Shown piece after piece: positions 38,497 to 47,590 of a stretch of 47,590 nt of DNA. The stretch spans positions 1 through 47,590 of the forward strand of contig JAZLBH010000151.1 in the NCBI GenBank assembly GCA_045613605.1, written 5' to 3'. This DNA comes from Eubacteriales bacterium (lineage in GTDB: Bacteria; Bacillota; Clostridia; Oscillospirales; CAG-272). The position numbers and the translations under genes were made by a program. Each line of letters starts with the position of its first letter. Within the stretch, counting starts at the first letter, position 1. The notes below the pieces were generated by a model. It was not told the origin of the DNA and ran no database searches. It saw nothing but the letters and a program-made list of their open reading frames with translations.

Positions 38497-39000
38497 TTAC
38501 ACCAATTTCTCATACGCAACGCGCTCTTGACCGTCAAGCAAGTGAATAGTTCCGCAATATTCAAAGCCGTTCTTTTCAAGCATTCTTCTCATAGGAGCGT
38601 TCCCTTCGTGAGTATCAACCCTAACGCTTGAATATCCGTTTTCATTTGAATACTTGGAAAGGAACTCAATGATACCCTCAGCAATTCCTTTACCACGGTT
38701 TGCACTTTTAATTGCAATTCTATGTAAAGCAAGATATTCGCCCTCGCCTATCCACGCGCCGCAATAGATTTTTTTATATGTAGGCTCTCCGTGAAGCATA
38801 AGCGCAAAGGTAGCGCAAATTTCACCGTCCTCTACAACGACGAAGCTTCTTTCAAGCATAATATCCTCTTTAACTATATCCCTTGTGGGATAGCCGTATT
38901 GCCATTGGTCAATACCAAGACGCCCGATACTCTCACGCGCATCGGCAATTATCTGCATTATTTTGTCAATATCCTTTTTTTCTGCGAGTCTGATAATCAT
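38497..39000 (-). CDS. GNAT family N-acetyltransferase
   Basis: 167 aa. The acetyl-CoA motif A region [19 protein letters not shown] fits the Q/RxxGxG/A pattern. Confidence 0.8.
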   Translation of the reverse strand: MIIRLAEKKDIDKIMQIIADARESIGRLGIDQWQYGYPTRDIVKEDIMLERSFVVVEDGEICATFALMLHGEPTYKKIYCGAWIGEGEYLALHRIAIKSANRGKGIAEGIIEFLSKYSNENGYSSVRVDTHEGNAPMRRMLEKNGFEYCGTIHLLDGQERVAYEKLV

Positions 39001-39034
39001 ATTATTCCCTCCGACTTAGTATATAGACTTAAAA

Positions 39035-39553
39035 TTAATGTTCACATTCACTGCAAGCCTGTGATTTTCCAAGTAATTTTGCAGTTGACACATCAGCAAA
39101 ATATACATTTTGTGCACCAACGATCAGCGCACAGTTAATATCAGTGTGCCAAACGGCTCCGTCTTTAGTAAAGAAAACGTCACCCGCTTGATATTCTCTG
39201 CCCTCAAGCTCCTCATATATGCTTTCGTTATCACCAGAAGCACACCGTTCGCAGGCTTTTTCCTTGCCCGCAAGCTTGGCTTCCTCTACCGTGCCGTGAA
39301 GTATCGTTTTTGAGTTTGCAAGATAAGAGCAATCACAGCTTTCGTGCCACAGCTTGCCTGATTCCGTCCAAAAAACGTCACCGTCATTTGCCAAAAGTGA
39401 GTTTTCTCTATCTTGTATATCCTGTCTTATTGAGGAAACTACACTTTCGTTTGCAAGCATTCCCGTATATCTCGTTTCTTCATTGCTTTGAGAACAAGAA
39501 ATAAAAATCAAGCAAAATATTATTGATAATATAGTCAAATTTGCAATTTTCAT
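39035..39553 (-). CDS. small lipoprotein with two tandem Cys-containing ~50-aa units (Ada-like Zn-module pattern)
   Basis: Signal peptide plus lipobox-like IFISC|S. The units are GDVFWTESGKLWHESCDCSYL...EEAKLAGKEKACERC and GDVFFTKDGAVWHTDINCALI...STAKLLGKSQACSEC. Confidence 0.5.
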   Translation of the reverse strand: MKIANLTILSIIFCLIFISCSQSNEETRYTGMLANESVVSSIRQDIQDRENSLLANDGDVFWTESGKLWHESCDCSYLANSKTILHGTVEEAKLAGKEKACERCASGDNESIYEELEGREYQAGDVFFTKDGAVWHTDINCALIVGAQNVYFADVSTAKLLGKSQACSECEH

Positions 39554-39639
39554 AATTTCTACCTATTTATGAATATATTTATCTATTATAATATTAACAC
39601 AAATTTCCAAAGATAGCAATAGTTTTTTGCTTTTTTAAT

Positions 39640-39673
39640 AAAAAATTAAAGGCACCGAAATTTCGGTGCCTTT
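39640..39673 (-). terminator. rho-independent terminator after the glycogen operon
   Basis: Minus strand: aaaggcaccgaaa/tttcggtgccttt palindrome followed by aatttttt. Confidence 0.8.
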
Positions 39674-39676
39674 ATG

Positions 39677-41590
39677 TTATAATTTCTTCAAAATTCTTGC
39701 ACTTGTGGGAGAAACGGTAATGTAATTTTCAAAGCTTTCATACGAAAGCATGTCAATCCATTTACCCTCAATTCTCGTGCGATAAATACTTTCACCGCCA
39801 TTTGCAATAACCACAACTCGAGAATCATCCTTAGTTCTTTCAAACGAAATAGTTTCCTGACCGTGCTCTATTACGCGGAAATCTCCTCTATCAAATGCCT
39901 TTTCAATATTTCTAAGCTCACCAAGCTTACGGTAATGCTCCAAAAGCTCAAGATTTTCTCTTCCCCAAGGATACGTCTTTCTGCAGAATGGATCGTGATA
40001 CCCCTCAACTCCTGCTTCATCACCGTAAAATACTGACGGAATACCGTAAACGGTATATTGAAGAATTGCGGCCATTTTAAGACGGTTAATCGCTATATCC
40101 TTTTCCTGCGCGCTCATTCTCATAACCGCAAGATGATCGTTTGGCGCATCGGGACGGTAATTGTCACCAAGCACTGTAAGTATTCTTTCAGTATCGTGTG
40201 TACCGAGAATATTCATAAGCGAATCGCTAACGCATCTTGGATACGAAGCATAAAGCTCAACAAGAACGTTATAAAGCATCTCCGCGCTTCCATAAGTAAC
40301 AAAGTCAATAATTCCGTTACGAAGAGGATAGTTCATAACGCTGTCAAGCTGACGGCCGTGGAAATAATTACGTCTGTGACCATAAGCGGTCTTTACTGCG
40401 GCATTTTCCCAAACCTCGCCTATAACTATACCTTGTCCATTTGAATTTTTGTGCACTCTTTCGCGAAGCTGATATAAAAATTCATCGGGCAATTCGTCGG
40501 CAACGTCAAGACGCCAACCTCCAATACCCATTTTTGTATATTTTTCTATAACTCCACCTTCACCAACGAAATAATTTCTGCATTCCTCATTATTTTGATT
40601 CAATTTGGGCAAAATATCAATTCCCCACCATGAATCATAATCACAAGGATAACATTTGAAATTAAACCAGTTTTTATAAGGAGAATTTTCACAATTACAA
40701 GCACCAACAGAATTATATTTTCCATATTTATTGAAATATAAGCTGTCATCACCGGTATGATTGAAAACACCGTCAAGAATAATGCTCATTCCCTTTTCTT
40801 TTGCCCTATTCAGCAAAGAAAGGAATGCTTCTTCACCGCCGAACATTTCGTCAACAGTCATATAGTCTCCGGTGTCATATTTATGGTTTGAATATGCCTT
40901 GAAAATGGGGCTCAAATAGATGACCCTTGTGCCAAGAGACTCAAGATAATCAAGCTTATCCTCAATACCCTTGAGATTTCCACCGAAAAACATGTTGTTT
41001 TTAAGTGGCTCCCCGGGATTTTTAGCATATTGGGGAATTCCGTTGTACCAATCATCGTTAATAACGTAATCCTCACGGTAATACGGTGCAATTTTACCCT
41101 TATTAAATCGGTCAACGAAAATATGGTACATTATACCACTGCCAAACCACTCTTTTGCCTTAAAATAATCCTCATATACAAGAAGTGAAAATTTTGACTC
41201 TGAATGATATGAAAGCTCAAAATCAAAATTATTCACACTGTTTGTAAAGAGCGTTCTTGTTCCGCGAAGAAACAAAAACTCATAGAAAAAGAGTGCGGGC
41301 ACGGGACCGCAAAGATGACGCAAATTAATCTCAACCGTATATTCCTCACGTCCTGTTTCAAAGCTTGCAAGAGTTAGCGGAATATCCCAATAATCCTCAC
41401 CGTCGCGATTAATTCTCATAACCACGCCCTGAGTACCCATATTGGTCGGCAAAACTATTTTGAATCTAATATCATCATTTACGGAAAATGCCCCGCTATA
41501 CGAGGCATTTTTCCATGATGAATCAACTTTTATTTCTTTTATTATTTCAACACCGTTACATACGGCATTGTTTTGTAGTTGACTGTACAT
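39677..41590 (-). CDS. GH13 alpha-glucan hydrolase (neopullulanase/cyclomaltodextrinase-type alpha-amylase family enzyme)
   Basis: GH13 conserved regions GGNLKGIEDKLDYLESLG, ILDGVFNHTG, GGWRLDVADE, GEVWE and LGTHDTER. No signal peptide. Confidence 0.85.
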   Translation of the reverse strand: MYSQLQNNAVCNGVEIIKEIKVDSSWKNASYSGAFSVNDDIRFKIVLPTNMGTQGVVMRINRDGEDYWDIPLTLASFETGREEYTVEINLRHLCGPVPALFFYEFLFLRGTRTLFTNSVNNFDFELSYHSESKFSLLVYEDYFKAKEWFGSGIMYHIFVDRFNKGKIAPYYREDYVINDDWYNGIPQYAKNPGEPLKNNMFFGGNLKGIEDKLDYLESLGTRVIYLSPIFKAYSNHKYDTGDYMTVDEMFGGEEAFLSLLNRAKEKGMSIILDGVFNHTGDDSLYFNKYGKYNSVGACNCENSPYKNWFNFKCYPCDYDSWWGIDILPKLNQNNEECRNYFVGEGGVIEKYTKMGIGGWRLDVADELPDEFLYQLRERVHKNSNGQGIVIGEVWENAAVKTAYGHRRNYFHGRQLDSVMNYPLRNGIIDFVTYGSAEMLYNVLVELYASYPRCVSDSLMNILGTHDTERILTVLGDNYRPDAPNDHLAVMRMSAQEKDIAINRLKMAAILQYTVYGIPSVFYGDEAGVEGYHDPFCRKTYPWGRENLELLEHYRKLGELRNIEKAFDRGDFRVIEHGQETISFERTKDDSRVVVIANGGESIYRTRIEGKWIDMLSYESFENYITVSPTSARILKKL

Positions 41591-41593
41591 TTA

Positions 41594-44026
41594 TTATTTA
41601 TTTCCTGTGATTTTGTTAAGATTCCAGAATTTCTGTGCGTATTCTTCGATACTTCTGTCAGCCGCAAAGTAGCCTGCAGATGCAATGTTCATAAGAGACA
41701 TCTTGTTCCACTTCTGCTTATCAGCATAGTCAGCGATCATTCTTTCGTGTGTTGTGCGGTAGGACTCAAAGTCAGCAAGACACATGAAGGGGTCAGCAAC
41801 GCCCATGCCTGTAAGAAGGTATCTTGAAATATGTGCAAAGGACTGACCTGCAAATCCACGGTTGAGGCAATCAATAATCTTGTTAAGTCTGTTATTGTTT
41901 GCATAGAACTCGTTGGAGTGATAGCCTCTTGCCCAAATTTCTTCAACTTCCTTAGCAGTAAGACCGAAGATATACATGTTTTCTCTGCCTGCAGCAGCAA
42001 GCATTTCAACGTTAGCACCGTCAAGTGTACCGATAGTAAGCGCACCGTTGATCATAAGCTTCATACAGCCTGTACCGCTTGCTTCCTTACCTGCAAGAGA
42101 AATCTGTTCACTGATTTCAGCAGAAGGAATAAGTGCTTCAGCCATACTTACGTTGTAATCCTCAAGGAATACGACCTTAATCTTCTTGGAAACGATGGGA
42201 TCGTTTTCAATTTCACGGCTGATAAAGCAAATAAGCTTGATGATTTCCTTAGCCATCTGATAACCGGGAGCAGCCTTAGCACCGAAAATGAATGTCTGAG
42301 GCTGAACGTCAAGGTTGGGATTTTCCTTAATATCAATATAAAGGTTGATAATGTTGAGAGCATTAAGAAGCTGACGCTTATATTCGTGCAATCTCTTGAT
42401 CTGAACGTCAAATACGGAGTGTGTATCAAGCACTCTTCCCGTCTTCTTGTAAAGAAGGTCAGCAAATGCTTTCTTGTTTTCGTGCTTGATTGTTCTGATC
42501 TGTTCAAGAACTGCCTTATCATCTGCATACTTTGCAAAGTTAGCAAGCTCCTCGGGATTGTGTCTGTATCCTGTGCCAATGCATTCGTCAAGCAAGCCTG
42601 CAAGCTTGGGGTTAGAGTAGCAAAGCCATCTTCTGTGAGCAATACCGTTTGTTACGTTGTCAAATCTATCGGGATACATCTTATAGAAATCCTTAAATGT
42701 GGAATCCTTAAGAATATCGGAGTGAAGCTTTGAAACACCGTTAATGGAGTGAGAACCGATAACTGAAAGGTTAGCCATTCTAACCTGACCGTAACCGATT
42801 ACTGAAAGCTTAGAAATCTTATCCCAGTTGCCGGGGAAAACGTTCCATGCATCCTTGCAGAATCTTTCGTTGATTTCCTTAATGATCTGATGGATTCTGG
42901 GAAGCTTAAGCTGGAAGATATCCTCATTCCATGTTTCAAGTGCTTCAGGCAATACTGTGTGGTTTGTATAGGACACAATTCTTTGAACCATATCCCAAGA
43001 CTTTTCCCAAGAGAAGTGGAAATCGTCAAGGAAAATTCTCATAAGCTCAGGGATACAGAGCGCAGGGTGTGTATCGTTGATGTGAATTGCAACCTTGTCA
43101 GCAAGATTATCAATATTTCCATAAACCGCCATGTGGTCACGAATAATGCTCTGCATTGATGCAGAAACAAGGAAATACTGCTGTGTAAGACGAAGAATCT
43201 TACCCTGAGTATGGTTATCGGAAGGATAAAGAACCTTTGTAAGAATATCGGCATTAGTTGCTTCTTCAAGAGATCTTGCATATTCTCCCTGTGAGAAAAG
43301 GTTCATATTGAAGTTATGGATGTTTCTTGCCTTCCAAAGACGAAGCTGAGATACTGCCTCAGAATCTGCGCCTGAGATCATCATATCGTAAGGAACTGCT
43401 TCATATTCTTCGCAGTTCTCGTAAATAACCTCCATATGGTCCTCACGCCATTCTTCACGAACGCGACCACCAAGGCGAACCTTGAAAACTCTGTCAGTTC
43501 TGGGTGTGAGCCATACTTCACCACCGGGAAGCCATACGTCTGGGAGCTCGATCTGAACTCCATCAATAATCATTTGCTTAAACAAGCCGTACTCATAGCA
43601 AAGCGAAAATCCTGTTGCAGGATAGTCAAGTGATGAGAGAGAGTCCATAAAGCAAGCCGCAAGACGACCAAGACCTCCGTTTCCAAGACCTGCATCGGGC
43701 TCGCATTCATAAAGATCGTTAAGCTCAAAGCCAAGTGCTTTAAGTGATTCACTGTAATTTTCTGCAAGTCCTAAATTGCAAAGATTTGTCTTAAGTGATC
43801 TACCAAGCAAGAATTCCATGCACATATAGTACACTCTTTTTCCGCCTGCTTCGTTTACGTGCTTTTTATATTCTCCTCTTTTCGCTGTGAGAATATCCTT
43901 TACTGTCATGGCAGCTGCCTTATACATTTGTTCTCTTGTTGCTTCTTTACTTGTGCAACCAAAGTATCTGGCAAGCTTGCCTTCTAAATTTTCTGTGATT
44001 TCGTTCACTGTGGGTTGGTAATTCAT
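41594..44026 (-). CDS. glgP: glycogen/maltodextrin phosphorylase (GT35)
   Basis: 810 aa. PLP-lysine region GKEASGTGCMKLMINGALTIGTLDGANVEM. The Cys replaces the Asn or Ser usually found two residues before the Lys. Confidence 0.9.
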   Translation of the reverse strand: MNYQPTVNEITENLEGKLARYFGCTSKEATREQMYKAAAMTVKDILTAKRGEYKKHVNEAGGKRVYYMCMEFLLGRSLKTNLCNLGLAENYSESLKALGFELNDLYECEPDAGLGNGGLGRLAACFMDSLSSLDYPATGFSLCYEYGLFKQMIIDGVQIELPDVWLPGGEVWLTPRTDRVFKVRLGGRVREEWREDHMEVIYENCEEYEAVPYDMMISGADSEAVSQLRLWKARNIHNFNMNLFSQGEYARSLEEATNADILTKVLYPSDNHTQGKILRLTQQYFLVSASMQSIIRDHMAVYGNIDNLADKVAIHINDTHPALCIPELMRIFLDDFHFSWEKSWDMVQRIVSYTNHTVLPEALETWNEDIFQLKLPRIHQIIKEINERFCKDAWNVFPGNWDKISKLSVIGYGQVRMANLSVIGSHSINGVSKLHSDILKDSTFKDFYKMYPDRFDNVTNGIAHRRWLCYSNPKLAGLLDECIGTGYRHNPEELANFAKYADDKAVLEQIRTIKHENKKAFADLLYKKTGRVLDTHSVFDVQIKRLHEYKRQLLNALNIINLYIDIKENPNLDVQPQTFIFGAKAAPGYQMAKEIIKLICFISREIENDPIVSKKIKVVFLEDYNVSMAEALIPSAEISEQISLAGKEASGTGCMKLMINGALTIGTLDGANVEMLAAAGRENMYIFGLTAKEVEEIWARGYHSNEFYANNNRLNKIIDCLNRGFAGQSFAHISRYLLTGMGVADPFMCLADFESYRTTHERMIADYADKQKWNKMSLMNIASAGYFAADRSIEEYAQKFWNLNKITGNK

Positions 44027-44064
44027 GTGTCCTCCAAAATTAAATAGGTAATGCGATTTTTACT

Positions 44065-45498
44065 TTACATTCTTTCGTAAAGCATATAGTATTTTCTTGC
44101 GGAAGTTCCCCAAGAAAAGTCAGTATCCATAATTTTTTTAGCAAATTTAGGATACAGCTCTTTGTTATGATAAAGCTCAAGAGCCGCGGTTGTGCGCTCA
44201 TAAAGCTCACCTGCATAATAGTTGGCAAAGGTAAATCCGTTGCCCAAGATTGTGCCGTTCAAAAGCCAATAGCCCTTAATAGAGTCATAAAGACCGCCTG
44301 TTTCTCTAACTACGGGAATTGCGCCGTAGCGAGAGGCTATCATCTGAGAGAGACCGCAGGGCTCACTCTTTGACGGCATAAGGAAAATATCACACGCAGC
44401 ATATACACGCTTAGACAAATCTCTGTCATACAGCATAAGTGCGCGCACCTTATCCTTTCTGTTGTACTCAAGCTCTCTAAAGAAGTCCTCGTACTGAGCC
44501 TCGCCCTTTCCGAGAATCACAAGCTGCATATCATTGTTATCAACCAGTCCGTATGCAACCTCGCGAACAAGATCAAGTCCCTTATGAGAAGCAAGACGTG
44601 AAATTATTGCTACAAGCGGAACGTCATCTCTTTCGGGAAGTCCAAGCTTTCTTTGAAGCTCCGTTTTATTTTTAACCTTTTTATCAAACTCACCGGAGCC
44701 AAAGTTCATAAATATCTCTTTGTCCGTTTCGGGATTATAATACTTATAGTCGATACCGTTAAGTATACCCGTAAGCTTATGCGCATTCTTATTCAGTATT
44801 GGAGCCAAGCCGTGTGAATATTCATCACTCTTAATCTCCTCTGAATATCTTGGGCTGACCGTTGTAACAACGTTAGCCATTTCAATTGCGCACTTCATAA
44901 GATTTACACATCCGTTGTAATCGAGATAATCGGAATAGTCAAACCCAAAAACGTAGCTAAGCACATCGTGTGAAAACTGTCCCTGGTATTCAATGTTGTG
45001 GATGGTGAAAACTGTTTTAATATTTTGATATTCTCTTCTCCAACGGTATTGGAAGTTAAGATAAGGAAGTGTAAGAGCCGCCTGCCAATCGTGTGCGTGA
45101 AGCACGTCGGGATAGTATCCCAAAACGCCAAGCATTTCAACGGCAGCCTTACAGAAAAATGCATATCTCTCCGCCTCATCATCATAACCGTATAGAGCAC
45201 CTCTCTTAAAGTAGTACTCGTTGTCGATAAAGTAGTAGGTAACGCCGTCCTTTACAAGACTGAGCACTCCGCAATAAAGACTTCTCCAAGAAAGCTGAAG
45301 GTTAAATACTGCTTCAAGCTTCATTTGATTTCTCCATTCGGCTTTGACTGCATCATAAAGAGGCATAACTACACGAATATCAATATCGTCCTTATATTCT
45401 TTTTTAAGAGCTGTAGGTAATGAGCCGAGCACGTCACCAAGACCGCCCGTTGCCGCAAATGGCATTACCTCTGCTCCAACAAACAAAATTTTTCTCAT
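44065..45498 (-). CDS. glgA: glycogen synthase (ADP-glucose type, GT5)
   Basis: N-terminal KILFVGAEVMPFAATGGLGDV. PSKSEPCGLSQMIASRYG near the C-terminus. Confidence 0.9.
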   Translation of the reverse strand: MRKILFVGAEVMPFAATGGLGDVLGSLPTALKKEYKDDIDIRVVMPLYDAVKAEWRNQMKLEAVFNLQLSWRSLYCGVLSLVKDGVTYYFIDNEYYFKRGALYGYDDEAERYAFFCKAAVEMLGVLGYYPDVLHAHDWQAALTLPYLNFQYRWRREYQNIKTVFTIHNIEYQGQFSHDVLSYVFGFDYSDYLDYNGCVNLMKCAIEMANVVTTVSPRYSEEIKSDEYSHGLAPILNKNAHKLTGILNGIDYKYYNPETDKEIFMNFGSGEFDKKVKNKTELQRKLGLPERDDVPLVAIISRLASHKGLDLVREVAYGLVDNNDMQLVILGKGEAQYEDFFRELEYNRKDKVRALMLYDRDLSKRVYAACDIFLMPSKSEPCGLSQMIASRYGAIPVVRETGGLYDSIKGYWLLNGTILGNGFTFANYYAGELYERTTAALELYHNKELYPKFAKKIMDTDFSWGTSARKYYMLYERM

Positions 45499-45511
45499 AG
45501 CCTATCTCCCT

Positions 45512-46648
45512 TTACACAGTCGTACCCTTTCCAATATAGAAAGGAAGAGTCTCATGGCCTGAGAGCATTTTTCCATTTTTAATAGTTACGTCCTTATCGG
45601 TAACTACGCAATTAAGATAAACGTCCTCTCCCGTGTAGGTGTTCTGCATGAGAATGGAGTTTTTAACGACCGTTCCCTTGCCTACCTTTACACCTCTAAA
45701 GAGAATGGAGTTTTCAACAACGCCCTCAATAACACATCCGTCAGCGATAATGGAATTTGTAACCTTAGCGCTTTCAGAATATCTTGTGGGGGCAGAGTTT
45801 CTAACCTTTGTATATACAGGTCTGTTCTTAACGTGGAAAACAAGCTTCCTCTTGCTTGAGTCAAGCATCTTCATATTGCAGAAGAAATATTTTTGCATTG
45901 AGTCGATATAATTGAAATATCCGTCATACTCAAATGCAAAGAAACGGTGCTTGCCAAGATTTCTCATAATGATATCTCTTGAGAAGCTGTCATATCCTCT
46001 GGCGTCAGCCTCGTTAATAAGAGAAAGAAGATATGAGCGCTTGATAATCATCATATTAGTATTGATATGAAGCTCACCCTCTTGTGAGTCATAAGGAAGG
46101 TAATCTACGATTTCGCCCTTATCATTGTAGTCAACCACTCTGATATACTTATCAAGCGGGAATTTGAGCTCATATGTATTTACAAGCTTTGTGATAATAG
46201 TGATATCCGCATTATTTGCGATATGATTGTCAAGAGCATCGCTAAAATCAATATTGCAGATCATATTGCAATCGGAAATGATAACGTGATCAGCTCCGCA
46301 ATTTTCAACGAAATTCTTAACACCGACAAGAGCCTGAAGTCTTGTATTATAAAGCATATCGTTGCCGTGCGTGCCACTTGTGATAAAGGGTGGCAAAATT
46401 CTAATACCACCGGAGCGGCGCGCAAGGTCCCAGTCCTTACCTGTACCGATATGGTCAAGAAGTGACTGATAGTTGTTATGTGTGATAAGTCCTACTGTAG
46501 TGATATCCGAATTCACCATATTGGAGAGAGCAAAGTCTATAAGACGGTATCTGCCGCCAAAAGGAATGCTCGCCATTGTGCGTGGCTTTGTGAGTTCGGG
46601 AATGGATGCATCGTGTATATTGGAAAATATAAGTCCTGCTGCTTTCAT
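45512..46648 (-). CDS. glgD: glucose-1-phosphate adenylyltransferase, GlgD (regulatory) subunit
   Basis: 378 aa, NTP-transferase plus left-handed beta-helix layout. It sits immediately downstream of glgC, as in Firmicutes glgCD pairs. It lacks the canonical GlgC GGxGxRL loop (FGGRYRLIDF instead). Confidence 0.8.
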   Translation of the reverse strand: MKAAGLIFSNIHDASIPELTKPRTMASIPFGGRYRLIDFALSNMVNSDITTVGLITHNNYQSLLDHIGTGKDWDLARRSGGIRILPPFITSGTHGNDMLYNTRLQALVGVKNFVENCGADHVIISDCNMICNIDFSDALDNHIANNADITIITKLVNTYELKFPLDKYIRVVDYNDKGEIVDYLPYDSQEGELHINTNMMIIKRSYLLSLINEADARGYDSFSRDIIMRNLGKHRFFAFEYDGYFNYIDSMQKYFFCNMKMLDSSKRKLVFHVKNRPVYTKVRNSAPTRYSESAKVTNSIIADGCVIEGVVENSILFRGVKVGKGTVVKNSILMQNTYTGEDVYLNCVVTDKDVTIKNGKMLSGHETLPFYIGKGTTV

Positions 46649-46660
46649 ATCGTCACCTCA

Positions 46661-47590
46661 TTATTCAGAATATATCATCTGGTTGTCAGCGATATCCTCG
46701 CCATCTGCAACACTCATTTCAGCGCCGATAACGGTAATACCCTCGGCAATTTCGCGTGCTCTGCCAATTCTTGCACCCTTGCCAACGCTTACGTCGGAGT
46801 CAAGGATGGAGTATTCAACTGTTGCGCCCTCACCAACGGTTACGTGGTGCATAAGAACGGAATCGCGAACAACCGCGCCCTTTTCTACCACAACGCCGTA
46901 GCCAAGAACTGAATTGATAACCGTGCCGTGAATCTCACAGCCCTCAGTAATAGAGGAATTTTCAACTATCGCATCAGCACCAACGTACTGAGGAGCTTCA
47001 TTCTCGTGACGTGAGAAAATTCTCGCCTTTTCATCATCAAGTGCAAGAACGGGCTTTTCACCGAGAAGGTCCATATTTGCTTCCCAAAGAGAAGAAATTG
47101 TTCCAACGTCCTTCCAATATCCTTCAAAGTTATAAGCAAACATTCTTTCACCGTTTGAAAGCATATTTGGAATAATATTCTTACCGAAGTCATTGCTTGA
47201 ATCAGGATTTGCTTCATCCTCAATGAGATATTTGTAAAGCTTATCGGCACTAAAGATGTAAATACCCATAGAAGCAAGATTGCTATCGGGATTTTTCGGT
47301 TTTTCTGAGAATTTGTAAATGGATTTATCGGGGTTAACGCTCATAATACCAAAGCGACTTGCTTCCTCCATAGGCACCTCAAGAACTGCGATAGTACAGT
47401 CAGCATTATTTGCCTTGTGATATTCGAGCATTTTGTTATAATCCATTGTATAGATATGGTCACCTGAGAGAATCAAAACGTATTCGGCTTGATATCTCTT
47501 GATGAACTCAAGGTTTTGGTAAATAGCATTTGCCGTTCCCTTATACCAATCCGAGCCGCTAAAGCCCTGGTATGGGGGAAGGATGGAAAC
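46661..47590 (-). CDS. glgC: glucose-1-phosphate adenylyltransferase (5' end outside the window)
   Basis: The frame stays open to the window edge: [51 protein letters not shown]... (WYxGTAxAIYQN and [13 protein letters not shown] are GlgC signatures). The ORF-track start at 47476 is an internal TTG. Confidence 0.9.
   Translation of the reverse strand, partial: VSILPPYQGFSGSDWYKGTANAIYQNLEFIKRYQAEYVLILSGDHIYTMDYNKMLEYHKANNADCTIAVLEVPMEEASRFGIMSVNPDKSIYKFSEKPKNPDSNLASMGIYIFSADKLYKYLIEDEANPDSSNDFGKNIIPNMLSNGERMFAYNFEGYWKDVGTISSLWEANMDLLGEKPVLALDDEKARIFSRHENEAPQYVGADAIVENSSITEGCEIHGTVINSVLGYGVVVEKGAVVRDSVLMHHVTVGEGATVEYSILDSDVSVGKGARIGRAREIAEGITVIGAEMSVADGEDIADNQMIYSE

Overview
The window reads as a low-GC Firmicutes (Clostridia-like gut anaerobe) chromosomal segment, transcribed almost entirely on the minus strand.

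(1) 1-24.0 kb is a large glycan-utilisation locus.
- An RpiR-family regulator plus a cytoplasmic GH38 alpha-mannosidase form an upstream unit that ends at a terminator.
- Downstream is an ~18-kb, apparently single-promoter operon. It encodes NanE, a DUF4127 protein, three GHL10/DUF187 glycosidase-like paralogs (one cytoplasmic, two secreted), a 1360-aa repeat-rich lipoprotein, a secreted NAGPA-type phosphodiester glycosidase, a CUT1-type ABC importer (binding lipoprotein plus two permeases), and the first codons of a sugar-kinase-like gene.
- A separately transcribed 582-aa secreted Cys-rich protein lies next to it.
- Four secreted proteins of the locus share a conserved ~22-aa C-terminal amphipathic tail, and three carry unusual Cys/His mini-modules.
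- I consider this locus the best candidate for an undescribed system.

(2) 24.2-33.4 kb is mostly housekeeping and accessory: mgtE, tRNA-Leu(CAA), typA/bipA, a HAD phosphatase, a PAP2 phosphatase, a nucleotidase/guanylate-kinase-like fusion, a PL1 pectate-lyase lipoprotein, and ssrA (tmRNA).

(3) 33.4-36.5 kb is a clearly AT-richer islet directly downstream of ssrA.
- It is bounded by palindromic repeat clusters and by a degenerate copy of the tmRNA 3' end.
- It carries a J-domain/multi-TM/truncated solute-binding-domain fusion and a DUF2971 protein.

(4) 36.5-47.6 kb contains DUF1846, smpB, a GNAT acetyltransferase and a small lipoprotein, followed by a glycogen operon (glgC partial, glgD, glgA, glgP, GH13).

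I saw no CRISPR array, rRNA, transposase or integrase. All family assignments come from motif recognition by eye, not from searches.
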